Assembly: GCA_041490825.1 (NCBI GenBank)
Contig: JBGPTW010000007.1
Location: forward strand, 561-64,560
DNA: 64,000 bases
Reading direction: 5' to 3'
Source of the DNA: Candidatus Methylomirabilia bacterium
GTDB lineage: Bacteria > Methylomirabilota > Methylomirabilia > Rokubacteriales > CSP1-6
Position 1 is the stretch's first letter; every line of letters begins with the position of its first letter. The notes under the pieces are model-generated. The model made no database searches. It saw nothing but the letters and a program-made list of their open reading frames with translations, and had not been told where the DNA came from. The translations under genes were made by a program, and so were the position numbers. This document shows, piece after piece, positions 8,866-17,670 of the stretch.

Positions 8866-10566
8866 ATGGCCTACGACCTGCTGATCAAGAACGGTCGCAT
8901 CATCGACGGCTCGGGCCGTCCGGCGTTTCACGGCGATGTCGCGGTGGCGCGGGGAAAGATCGTGGAGCTTGGACGGCTCAGCGGCCCGGCGCGCCAGGTC
9001 ATCGAAGCCGACGGACGGGTCGTGGCGCCGGGGTTCGTGGACAACCACTGTCACTACGACGCCCAGGTCCTGTGGGACCCGCTCTGCACGTTCTCGTGCA
9101 ACCACGGCGCGACGACGGTCATCATCGGCAACTGCTCGCTGGCGCTCGCTCCGGTCAAGCCGGCCGCGCGCGACAAGCTCGCGGGGATGTTGTCGTACGT
9201 CGAGGCGATCCCGATGGACGTCTTGCAGGCGGGCGTGCCGTGGACGTGGGAGACGTTCCCCGAGTACATGAGCGCGATCGGACGCAGGCTCGGCGTCAAC
9301 GTCGGCACGCTCGTCGGTCACTCCGCCGTCAGGCTCTACGCGATGGGCGAGACGGACTGCTCGGAGCGCGCGGCCACGGATGCGGAGCTCGGCGTCATGC
9401 GGCGCCTGGTGCAGGAAGCGCTCGAGGCGGGCGCGCTCGGCTTGTCGATCACCCGGAACATGAACCACTTCGACATCGCGGGGAAGCGGATTCCCGCGGC
9501 GTGCGCTCCCGAGTCGGAGCTCTTCGCGCTGGCCGACGTGCTCCGGGAGGTCGGCACGGGCGTCATCCAGTGCGGAGGTGGGACCAACCCCGAGCTGAAA
9601 GATCGGCTGTTGAGCCGGCTGTCGCAGGCGTGCGGCCGCCAGGTGATGTACAACACGCTGCTCGAGCAAGCGCGTCAGCCGGGTCGATGGCGCACCCACC
9701 TCGCTCACGTCGAGGAGACGGTCAAGCAGGGAATCCGGGCGGTGCCGCTCTGCAATCCCGGGAGCATCGTCAACCGGTTCACGATGAAGAATTGCCAGGT
9801 CTTTCGCAGCATGCCGACGTGGCTGCCGATCCTCCAGGGCTCCGACGACGCCAAGCTGCGCGCGTATCGCGACCCGGAGATTCGCGCCAAGCTGCGCGCG
9901 GAGGTCGAAGCGCCCCTCGGGCCCGATTCGACGTTCTCCAAGCGCTGGGACTTGATGATCGTGGAAGAGCCGCAGCTGCCGAAGCACCGCGGCCTGGCGG
10001 GGCAGAACATCGCGCAGATCGCGCAGGCGCAGGGCAAGCACCCGCTCGACGCGTTCCTCGATCTGGCGGTCGAGGAAGAGCTGAACACCGTGTTCAGCCT
10101 CGGCGAGATCAACATGGACACCGAGGCGGTGGCGCAGATCCTCGGCAGCCCCTACGCCGTCGTGGGCCTCTCGGACGGCGGTGCGCACGTGCAGTTCCAC
10201 TCGAACGTCGGTAATCCGACCCGCTTGCTCGGCTACTGGGTGAGGGAGAAGGGCATCATGTCGCTCGAGCAGGCGGTTCGCCGACTCACGTTCGATTCCG
10301 CCTCGGCCTTCGGCATCTACGATCGCGGGCTGCTGCAACCGGGAATGGCGGCGGACATCGTGGTCTTCGACGCCGACACCGTGCAGCCGTGCAAGGAAGA
10401 CGTCGTTCACGACTTCCCGAACAACGGCTGGCGGATCCGCGAGCTCGCCGAGGGCATCCACTACACCGTGGTGAACGGCGAAGTGTTGCTGGAAAAGGGC
10501 GGGCACACCGGGAATTATCCGGGTCGCGTGCTGCACAACGCCCGGTATCAGACGACGGCAAGCTGA
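8866..10566 (+). CDS. N-acyl-D-amino-acid deacylase (D-aminoacylase, amidohydrolase superfamily)
   Basis: 566 aa, MAYDLLIKNGRIIDGSGRP...GFVDNHCHYD. Confidence 0.8.
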   Translation: MAYDLLIKNGRIIDGSGRPAFHGDVAVARGKIVELGRLSGPARQVIEADGRVVAPGFVDNHCHYDAQVLWDPLCTFSCNHGATTVIIGNCSLALAPVKPAARDKLAGMLSYVEAIPMDVLQAGVPWTWETFPEYMSAIGRRLGVNVGTLVGHSAVRLYAMGETDCSERAATDAELGVMRRLVQEALEAGALGLSITRNMNHFDIAGKRIPAACAPESELFALADVLREVGTGVIQCGGGTNPELKDRLLSRLSQACGRQVMYNTLLEQARQPGRWRTHLAHVEETVKQGIRAVPLCNPGSIVNRFTMKNCQVFRSMPTWLPILQGSDDAKLRAYRDPEIRAKLRAEVEAPLGPDSTFSKRWDLMIVEEPQLPKHRGLAGQNIAQIAQAQGKHPLDAFLDLAVEEELNTVFSLGEINMDTEAVAQILGSPYAVVGLSDGGAHVQFHSNVGNPTRLLGYWVREKGIMSLEQAVRRLTFDSASAFGIYDRGLLQPGMAADIVVFDADTVQPCKEDVVHDFPNNGWRIRELAEGIHYTVVNGEVLLEKGGHTGNYPGRVLHNARYQTTAS

Positions 10567-10601
10567 GAGACTGCAATCTGAGACCAGGGGGGAGGACGAT
10601 C

Positions 10602-11651
10602 ATGGCTGACACTCACGTCTATGCCGGCGCCGCGAAGTGGCCTTCCGCAGAGTCCGGCGGCCTGTTCCGCCGGCGCGTCGACGACGACCGCTGGGAACCG
10701 CTCCGCAAAGGATTGCCCGAAGGCGCCGAGATCCGAGCGATCGCGATCCATCCCGAAGATCCCAGGATCGTGTACGTGGGGACGCAGGACGGACCGTATC
10801 GCACCACGGATCGCGGGGAGCGATGGGAGCGCCTGGCGCTGCCGGATCGGGCCGCGGTCGTGTGGTCGATCCTCATGCACCCGAACGATCCGCGCATCAT
10901 GTACGTCGGCACCACTCCGACTGCCGTGTACCGCAGCGACAACGGTGGCGATACGTGGCGGAAGCTTCCGAACGCCAAGAACCCCGAGCGCTGCCGGATG
11001 GACTTCTCCACGCGCGTGATCCGGATGACCGCGGATCCGAGCCGTCCCGAGGAGATCTATGCCGGCCTCGAAGTCGGCGGCGTCATGCGCAGCCTGGACG
11101 GCGGCGAGACGTGGAACGATTGCACCGCCGCTCTGCTCGAGCTGGCCCGGCAGCCGCACCTCAAGAGCCGGATCGGAAGCGACACCGACAACGAAGGCAT
11201 GCTCGACTCGCACTCGCTCTGCGTGTCGCCTGCGCGGCCAGGCACGGTCTTCCTCGCCCTCCGGATGGGCCTGTTCCGCAGCGACGACCGCGGCGGCGCG
11301 TGGAAGGACATGCAGATCGGCCGATTCTCTCCGCTGACGTACGCGCGCGACGTGCAGGTGTCGCCGCACGATCCGAACGTGCTGTACGCCGCGCTCAGCC
11401 CCGCGGCTCGGAGCGAGGACGGATCACTGTACCGGAGCCAGGACCTCGGCGAGACGTGGAAGCGCTTCGATCACGACGTCACCCCGCGCGCCACGATGAT
11501 GACGATCGCGTTGCATCGCCGCGATCCCGATCAGGTGTACTGCGCAAGCCGCAGCGGCCAGGTGTTCGGGACACAGGACGGCGGCAAGACGTGGCGGGAG
11601 CACCAGTTGCCGGCCGGGGTGCACGACGTGTACGCGGTGGCCTGCGGCTGA
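10602..11651 (+). CDS. BNR/Asp-box repeat beta-propeller protein (sialidase or PSII-assembly-factor-like fold)
   Basis: ATG at 10602 after GGGGGGAGGA. Repeated S/TxDxGxTW motifs (TDRGERW, SDNGGDTW, LDGGETW, SDDRGGAW, SQDLGETW, TQDGGKTW). Confidence 0.6.
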   Translation: MADTHVYAGAAKWPSAESGGLFRRRVDDDRWEPLRKGLPEGAEIRAIAIHPEDPRIVYVGTQDGPYRTTDRGERWERLALPDRAAVVWSILMHPNDPRIMYVGTTPTAVYRSDNGGDTWRKLPNAKNPERCRMDFSTRVIRMTADPSRPEEIYAGLEVGGVMRSLDGGETWNDCTAALLELARQPHLKSRIGSDTDNEGMLDSHSLCVSPARPGTVFLALRMGLFRSDDRGGAWKDMQIGRFSPLTYARDVQVSPHDPNVLYAALSPAARSEDGSLYRSQDLGETWKRFDHDVTPRATMMTIALHRRDPDQVYCASRSGQVFGTQDGGKTWREHQLPAGVHDVYAVACG

Positions 11652-11767
11652 GGTCGCGGGCGCGCCGGACGCGGGGGCACTCCTTCGTCTCGGAAACCCG
11701 CTCGCTCCGGAGTGCCCCCGCGTCCGCCGCTTCGCGGGCGTCACGATCTCGCCCGCGTGGTCGGGCG

Positions 11768-12193
11768 TCAGGCGGAGAGCCGGGTCCGGATGTTGATCTC
11801 CGACGTCAGTGTCCGGTGCACCGGACACTTCTTTGCAATCTCGAGGAGCCGGGCGCGCTGCTCCTGCGTCAGCGTTCCGCTGAGTGCGATCTCGCTCTCG
11901 ATCCGGTCGAGCATGCCGTCCTTGGTTTCGCACTCCGCGCAGTCGACGACGTGGATCCTCGCGTGCTGCAGCGTCACGGTCACGTCGTCGAGCGGCCACT
12001 GCTTGCGTCGCGCGTACAGCGCGATCGTCATGGACGTTCAGGACCCCAGCGCCGCCAGCAGGAAATCGTACGGCGTTGCTCCCGTCTCGGTCCCGCCCGC
12101 CGCCGTGGGCTCATCGGCCTTCAGGCGATGCGACCCAGCCGTGATGTCTTGCGCGAATCCTGACGCTTTACCGCGGACGATGACGGTCGCCAT
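11768..12193 (-). CDS. osmC: OsmC/Ohr-family peroxiredoxin with an in-frame TGA (12040..12038) at the catalytic Cys position. Either a selenocysteine-containing OsmC or a Cys-to-stop pseudogene
   Basis: Read directly: ATG at 12193 (GAGGAG 8 nt upstream) gives [70 protein letters not shown]...[11 protein letters not shown]. The TGA falls in the LGSCT motif. The second conserved Cys (KCPV) is present. Confidence 0.55.
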
Positions 12194-12233
12194 GTCGGTT
12201 GCTCCTCGCGTGCGGTGGTGTTCGGGTGAACCC

Positions 12234-12239
12234 TATAAT
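12234..12239 (+). promoter_or_regulatory. TATAAT -10-like hexamer in the divergent osmC / FAD-oxidoreductase spacer
   Basis: ccctataatg lies 42 nt upstream of the ATG at 12281. No clear -35. Confidence 0.3.
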
Positions 12240-12280
12240 GCGCCTGCCATGTCCGGCGAGGCCAGAGCGGCAGCCCGCCG

Positions 12281-13402
12281 ATGACACGCTACGACGTCGC
12301 GATCGTCGGCGCGGGGATCGTGGGCGCGTCGGCCGCGTACGCCATCGCGCGCGCCGGTGCCCGCATCGTGGCCATTGACGCCGTAGCTCCTGGCGCAGGC
12401 ACGAGCGGAAGCTCGTTCGCCTGGCTCAACGCGGTCCGGAAGGAGCCGGACGTCTATCATCGACTGAACGCCGACGGCATGAGCGCGCACCGAACGCTGG
12501 CGCGCGAGCTCGGCGGCGACACCGGCCATCACGATGGCGGCTCCCTCGAATGGGCCGATGGCGGCGATGCAGAGCGTGAGCTGCGCGCTCGCGTCGCCCG
12601 GCTCGCGCATCGTGGTTACCCGGCAGAGTGGATCAGTCGGGATCGCGCCGGTCGCATCGAGGCAGGACTGAGCATTCCCGCTCACGTCACCGAGGTCGCG
12701 TTCTACGCCGGCGACGGTTGGCTCGACGCTCCGCGATTGATCGGCTGCCTGATCGCGGGCGCGGCGGAGCGCGGTGCGACGATCCTGAAGCAGACGCCGG
12801 TGCGGTCGTTCCGCATGCGGGCCGGGCGCGTCGAGGCGCTCGCCATCGATGGCGGAGAGATCGTCGCGGAGTCGGTCCTGGTCTGCGTCGGGCCGGCGAC
12901 GCAGGAGCTGCTGGCGCTGCTTGGCGTCACGGTCCCCGTCGGCCGTGTCCCCGGACTTCTCGCCGTCACGTCCCGCCCGCCACAGCCGCTCGCTCGTGTC
13001 GTCCACGCGCCCGGGATTCATCTGCGTCCCGACGCGACCGGTGGTCTCCTGCTGGGCGCCGGCGACGTCGACACGCTTGCCGCCAACGGCGGATCGACTG
13101 AGGCGCGCTGGCAGCTCGCGGCGCTCTTGCTCGACCGCGCGATCCGGGTGTTTCCGTCCGCGCGCGACGTGCGGGTCGTGGCCAGCCGCATGGGTGTTCG
13201 GCCGATGCCGGCCGACGGTCACACGATCGCCGGACGAATCCCGGGATTCGAGAACGCGTGGGTGCTCGCCACGCACAGCGGAGTCACGCTCGGTCCGCTC
13301 CTCGGGCAACTGATCTCGGCGGAGATCGTCGGTGGAACGCCGAGTGACGCGCTTGCTCCGTTCCGCCCGGAACGATTTGCCGTAGCGGGCGCGGCGAGGT
13401 GA
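12281..13402 (+). CDS. FAD-dependent oxidoreductase (DAO / glycine-oxidase-like)
   Basis: N-terminal VAIVGAGIVGASAAYAIARAG dinucleotide-binding motif, 373 aa. Confidence 0.75.
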   Translation: MTRYDVAIVGAGIVGASAAYAIARAGARIVAIDAVAPGAGTSGSSFAWLNAVRKEPDVYHRLNADGMSAHRTLARELGGDTGHHDGGSLEWADGGDAERELRARVARLAHRGYPAEWISRDRAGRIEAGLSIPAHVTEVAFYAGDGWLDAPRLIGCLIAGAAERGATILKQTPVRSFRMRAGRVEALAIDGGEIVAESVLVCVGPATQELLALLGVTVPVGRVPGLLAVTSRPPQPLARVVHAPGIHLRPDATGGLLLGAGDVDTLAANGGSTEARWQLAALLLDRAIRVFPSARDVRVVASRMGVRPMPADGHTIAGRIPGFENAWVLATHSGVTLGPLLGQLISAEIVGGTPSDALAPFRPERFAVAGAAR

Positions 13403-13429
13403 GCGTTCTGACGGCCAAGTGGACGGGCG

Positions 13430-13524
13430 GAGAAGGCTGGCGCGTGAGAAGGCTGACGCCTGAGAAGGCTGACGCCTGAGAAGGCTGGCGCCTGAGGAGG
13501 CTGACGCCCGAGAAGGCTGGGAGG
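13430..13524. repeat. 16-bp tandem repeat GAGAAGGCTGACGCCT, about 6 copies
   Basis: Read directly. The same unit family recurs at 50510-50545. Confidence 0.7.
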
Positions 13525-13558
13525 AAAATCGAGGCGGGCGCCGGGTGACCCGGCGACC

Positions 13559-13674
13559 GACGAGCGTATGGGGGTCTGGGGGCCTTCGAGGCCCCCAGAG
13601 AATCGAGGAGCGTCCCGGGTACCCCGGGACGCTGCCGAGCGTGGGGGAGTGGGAGGGGCCATCTCGTGGCCCCT
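13559..13674. repeat. Cluster of three REP-like hairpins (gggggcc-ttcga-ggccccc; gcgtcccggg-tac-cccgggacgc; gaggggcca-tctcg-tggcccctc)
   Basis: Perfect stems read in sequence. The first 33 bp recur nearly identically at 52526-52558. Confidence 0.5.
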
Positions 13675-13698
13675 CACGTTACTTGAAGGAGACAGACG

Positions 13699-14538
13699 AT
13701 GGGACGGCTCGACGGCAAGGTGGCGGTGGTGACCGGGGCAGGTGGCGAGCATGGTCTCGGTCGCGCGATCGCGCGGCGGTTCGCGGAGGAAGGCGCCGAT
13801 CTCGTTCTGGTCGACGTCGCGCCGACCGGTCTCAGGGTGGCGCCGATGCCGGCGGGAGCGTGGCGCGGCATCGAAGCCGTCGCGGAGGAAATCCGGAAAC
13901 AGAGTCGCCGCGCGTTGACCGCGCTCGCCGACGTCCGCTCGGGCGCTCAGGTCTCCGCGGTCGTCGCGCAGGCGATCCAGGCCTTCGGGCGCATCGACAT
14001 CCTCGTCAACAACGCCGGTGCCCCGGGCAGTCTCGATCGGACGCCGGTCGTCGATCTGCCCGAGGAAGCCTGGGACACGGTGCTCGATACGAACCTCAAG
14101 GGTACGTTCCTCTGCTCGCAGGCGGTTGCGCGCACGATGCTGGAGCGCGGCGTCCGCGGCCGGATCATCAGCATGTCGTCGCAGTGGGGCAAGAAGGGCG
14201 GCGCGCGCCGGGCGGCGTATTGCGCGTCCAAGTTCGGAATCATCGGCTTCACGCAGTCGCTCGCGCAGGAGCTCGCGTCCGCGGGCATCACGGTGAACGC
14301 GATCTGTCCGAGCGCGGTTGCGACCGAGCGCCTGGACCACATGGGACTGAAGCCGGACGGGACGTTCGACGCGAAGCAGCGCGAAGAGCGCATCAAGCAG
14401 GTGGGCGCCGAGACGCCGGTCGGGCGCATCGCGCGGCCGAGCGACGTTGCCGAGGTTGCCGCGTTTCTCGCCGGCGACGCGGCCGAGTACATCACGGGTC
14501 AGTCGATCAACGTGACCGGCGGCGGCGTGATGCACTGA
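13699..14538 (+). CDS. SDR family oxidoreductase
   Basis: KVAVVTGAGGEHGLGRAIA...NNAG...YCASK motifs. RBS GAAGGA. Confidence 0.85.
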   Translation: MGRLDGKVAVVTGAGGEHGLGRAIARRFAEEGADLVLVDVAPTGLRVAPMPAGAWRGIEAVAEEIRKQSRRALTALADVRSGAQVSAVVAQAIQAFGRIDILVNNAGAPGSLDRTPVVDLPEEAWDTVLDTNLKGTFLCSQAVARTMLERGVRGRIISMSSQWGKKGGARRAAYCASKFGIIGFTQSLAQELASAGITVNAICPSAVATERLDHMGLKPDGTFDAKQREERIKQVGAETPVGRIARPSDVAEVAAFLAGDAAEYITGQSINVTGGGVMH

Positions 14539-14581
14539 GGCGCTCTCGCACCGAGTGCTCGTCGCATCAAGGAGGTGCCGC

Positions 14582-14956
14582 ATGATCAGGACAACGGGTC
14601 TCAGCCACATCCAGCTCGTCGTTCGAGACCTCGATCGTTCGCTGGCCTTCTACACACGCGTGTTCGGACTGACGGAACAATTCCGCGAAGGCAAGCACAT
14701 GGTGTTCCTGAACACGCCCAACAGTCACGATCTCATCACGCTGAATCAGGATCCAAACGATACGCAGCGTGCCGGTGACAACGGAGGGATGAATCACTTC
14801 GGCTTTCGTCTGATGGATGCGGGCGACATGGATGCCGCGGTGGCGGACGTCGAGGCCGCTGGCGGCAAGCTGATCAAGCGCGGTGAGCACGCGCCGGGCG
14901 CTCTCTATGCGTACATCAGAGACCCGGATGGTTACGTGATCGAGCTGATGGCGTAG
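14582..14956 (+). CDS. VOC (glyoxalase/bleomycin-resistance/dioxygenase) family protein
   Basis: ATG at 14582 after AGGAGG. MIRTTGLSHIQLVVRDLDRSLAFYTRVFGL. Confidence 0.75.
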   Translation: MIRTTGLSHIQLVVRDLDRSLAFYTRVFGLTEQFREGKHMVFLNTPNSHDLITLNQDPNDTQRAGDNGGMNHFGFRLMDAGDMDAAVADVEAAGGKLIKRGEHAPGALYAYIRDPDGYVIELMA

Positions 14957-15122
14957 AGCGAGCTCCGGATGGATCTGACCGAAGCGGCGGCGTTCGTGAA
15001 TGATCCGGCGCCTGTCGTCACGCACCGATTCGAGACGTGCCGCCGGCGGACGCGCTCGCTTTCCACGAGGTCGAGGCCGTACGGTTCTTCATCAAGGACG
15101 CCGTCCTGGACGGGAAAGCCTG

Positions 15123-15815
15123 ATGGCGTCGGTGCTGATCGTGGCGCCGCTTGCCGGAGAGTTCGAGCCGCTCCTTCGCCATCTCCACGCGCGCGGGCAT
15201 TCGTCCGAGCCGTTCGACGCCGGCAGGATGACGTGCGCGGCGATTCCGTCGCTCGACGTGCTCATCGCGATCGGTGGCCACGGCAAAGCGCAGTTCGCGG
15301 CGCAAGCGCAGTACCTGATCAGCCGCTGTCCTGATGCGACCGCGCTCGTGTGCATCGGAGCGGCCGGACGCCTCGCCGGGCCGCTCGCGCTCGGTGACGT
15401 CGTCGTGTCGACGACCACGATCGAACACGATTTCAGGAGCCGCTTCTCCGGGCGTCCGCCGCCGCGGCACCTGCCCGATCCGAAACTGCTGGACGACTGG
15501 CAGCAGATCGCCCGCGGCCGGGCGTTTCCGTTCGGCCTTCACTTCGGCGCGATCGCGAGCGGTGACGAGGACGTGATCGACCCGGCGCGCGCGAAGGAGC
15601 TCCACGAGACGACCGGCGCGCTCTGCGTGGCGTGGGAGGGAAGTGGAGGCGCGCGTGCAGCCGCGTTCAGTGGGCTCGGGTATCTCGAGGTCCGCTGCAT
15701 CACGGACGGCGCGGATCACGATGCCGTGGCGCATTTTCGTGAGAATCTCGAACGCGTGATGCCGAATGTCGCGGATCTCCTGATCGCATGGCGCGCGGGT
15801 GGTGTCACGCGGTGA
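15123..15815 (+). CDS. Nucleoside phosphorylase-I family protein (MTA/SAH nucleosidase or futalosine hydrolase-like)
   Basis: MASVLIVAPLAGEFEPLL...AIGGHGKAQFAAQAQYLI. Confidence 0.6.
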   Translation: MASVLIVAPLAGEFEPLLRHLHARGHSSEPFDAGRMTCAAIPSLDVLIAIGGHGKAQFAAQAQYLISRCPDATALVCIGAAGRLAGPLALGDVVVSTTTIEHDFRSRFSGRPPPRHLPDPKLLDDWQQIARGRAFPFGLHFGAIASGDEDVIDPARAKELHETTGALCVAWEGSGGARAAAFSGLGYLEVRCITDGADHDAVAHFRENLERVMPNVADLLIAWRAGGVTR

Positions 15816-15990
15816 GACTCGGTGTCTCCGGTGCGCTCCGACGGGCGTCGCCGCGTGGCATCGATCGAGCGCGACGCATTCGCCCGCGTCCTCAACGACA
15901 GCCGTTGAAGACTCGCCTGATCGGCACTAGGCTATCGCCACGCTGGTGCCGACGATGGGGTTGCAGCTCGACGTCAGGGGGGATGCCACA

Positions 15991-16215
15991 ATGAAGAGCG
16001 TCGTTCTCGCCGTGTGCTTGTGCTTGGCCGCCACGCCCGCGTTCGCAGCGACGAAGCCGTGTGAGGAATTGAAGTCCGAGATCGAGGCGAAGCTCCAGGC
16101 CAACGGGGTCAAGGGCTACACGCTGGAGATCGTTCCCGCCGATCAGGTGAAGGACGAAAAGGTCGTGGGCAGTTGTGATGGCGGGTCCAAGAAGATCACG
16201 TACAAGCGCCAATAG
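15991..16215 (+). CDS. Small secreted protein, DUF1161-like
   Basis: Signal peptide MKSVVLAVCLCLAATPAFA followed by KPCEELKSEIEAKLQANGVKGYTLEIV...GSCDGGSKKITYKR. RBS GGGGGGA. Confidence 0.5.
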   Translation: MKSVVLAVCLCLAATPAFAATKPCEELKSEIEAKLQANGVKGYTLEIVPADQVKDEKVVGSCDGGSKKITYKRQ

Positions 16216-16245
16216 GCGCGGCTCTCACGGCCCGAGCTTCTCCGT

Positions 16246-17184
16246 CTACGGGCGCAGGAGTCCGATCTCGCGCAGATAGCGCTGGACGCCGGAATGGAGC
16301 AGCTCGAGCCGCGGCGCGGCCTCGATTGTATTCTCGGCGGTCGTCTCGCGCGCTTGCGGCAGGCGCGTGGCCAGCGCGGACTGGCCCTGGTGGAGCGCGC
16401 GCGCGAGCCGATAGGCCACGCCGTCCGGCAGCGATGGGCGCGTCATGATGAGGCTCCACGATCCAACCGACACGATCGGCGTCGCCTGGCCGGGGTACGA
16501 GCCGGCGGGGATCGTCAGGCGTTTGAGGAATGCGTGCTTCGCTTGAACCTGCGTGATGCCGTCCGCGTCGGGCGCGATGAAGCGGGCGCCCTGCTCCGAT
16601 CTCGCGACGGCGATGAAGCCCGGCCACCCGATGCCGCCGCCCCAGAGCGCCGCGACGCGTCCGTCGAGCACCATCTTCGGTCCATCGCCGGCCGCGTCGA
16701 GGAGGATCGCCTGGAAGTCGCGCTGCTGGTCGAGCCCGAGACCGTCGAGCACGTAGCGCGCGAGGATCACGAGCCCGGAGCCGCGCGCGCCGAACGCCAC
16801 GGGCTTGCCTTTGAGGTCCGCGATCGAGCGCGCCGGCGAATCCGCGCGGACCACGAACATCCCGGGCGTGGAATACATCGCGGCGAGAATGCGAAGGTCC
16901 GCTTTCGCCTCGTGCAGGACCTCGCCCTGCACGAGCGCGATGTCGAGCTCGCCGGCCTCGAGCATCGGCACGTTCTCGGTGCTGCCCTTGGTGTTCTTGG
17001 TGCGCACCTCGAGCGATGCGTCGATCTCGTTGATCGTGGCCGCCACCGCGTCACCGTAGACGGGGAACCCGCCGCCCGGAGTTGCGGTGCCGAGGACGAC
17101 GACGTCCTTGCTCACGGCGCGTACCGTAGCAGCAGCGACGCGCGCAGGGCAAGCGCTCCGTGGCGCTCGTCTCGTGCGTTCCAC
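16246..17184 (-). CDS. TRAP transporter solute receptor, TAXI family. N-terminal boundary uncertain because the ORF stays open through the upstream 153-bp repeat array
   Basis: C-terminal 313 aa of ORF 16246..17658. GTG at 17184 with GGGAAG 4 nt upstream. No DctQ/DctM permease genes nearby. Confidence 0.6.
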   Translation of the reverse strand: MERTRRAPRSACPARVAAATVRAVSKDVVVLGTATPGGGFPVYGDAVAATINEIDASLEVRTKNTKGSTENVPMLEAGELDIALVQGEVLHEAKADLRILAAMYSTPGMFVVRADSPARSIADLKGKPVAFGARGSGLVILARYVLDGLGLDQQRDFQAILLDAAGDGPKMVLDGRVAALWGGGIGWPGFIAVARSEQGARFIAPDADGITQVQAKHAFLKRLTIPAGSYPGQATPIVSVGSWSLIMTRPSLPDGVAYRLARALHQGQSALATRLPQARETTAENTIEAAPRLELLHSGVQRYLREIGLLRP

Positions 17185-17208
17185 GTCACTTCCCGTTGCG
17201 CCTGCGAC

Positions 17209-17670
17209 GGGGCGGGGCCGCGCTCCGCTGAACACGCTATCCACTCTGCCGCGTCCGGCTTTCAGTTGGGGCCACGAGACTCTGCCGCTTGCTTCAGTCG
17301 GTCCGCAGAAGCCACGGTTCAGCGGAGCGCAGCCCCGCCCCGCCGCACGCACCGGCGGACGCCGGCGGGGCCGCGCTCCGCTGAACACGCTATCCACTCT
17401 GCCGCTGCCGGCTCGCGGTTGGGGCCACGAGACTCTGCCGCTTGCTTCAGTCGGTCCGCAGAAGCCACGGTTCAGCGGAGCGCAGCCCCGCCCCGCCGCA
17501 CGCACCGGCGGCCGCTGGCGGAGCCGCGCTCCGCTGAACACGCTATCCACTCTGCCGCTGCCGGCTCTCAGTTGGGGCCACGAGACTCTGACGCTTGCTT
17601 CAGTCGGTCCGCAGAAGCCACGGTTCAGCGGAGCGCAGCCCCGCCCCGCCGCACGCACCGGCGGACGCCG
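17209..17670. repeat. Tandem array, 153-bp unit x3. Each unit is a conserved ~80-bp core flanked by 23-bp inverted-repeat arms (ggcggggccgcgctccgctgaac / gttcagcggagcgcagccccgcc)
   Basis: Unit starts at 17221, 17374 and 17527, read in sequence. Related copies are at 42288-42441 and 53475-53620. Confidence 0.85.

Noticed and set aside
8602-8867. 72-aa minus-strand ORF 8649..8867 between the TA module and the D-aminoacylase gene
   Set aside because: No RBS, composition atypical, and it lies in the promoter region of a divergent gene pair.
8440-10536. 698-aa minus-strand ORF
   Set aside because: Antisense to the D-aminoacylase gene, with extreme Arg/Ala/Pro bias typical of high-GC shadow frames. 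The same reasoning applies to 3723..4958, 13219..14610, 26138..28570, 36415..39039, 42614..44344 upstream of residue 384, 44280..45581, 46204..47397 and 60589..62778.
17209-17670. Possible CRISPR array (regular repeats)
   Set aside because: The period is 153 bp with identical 'spacers'. There are no short unique spacers and no cas genes. It is a tandem duplication of a palindrome-embedded element.
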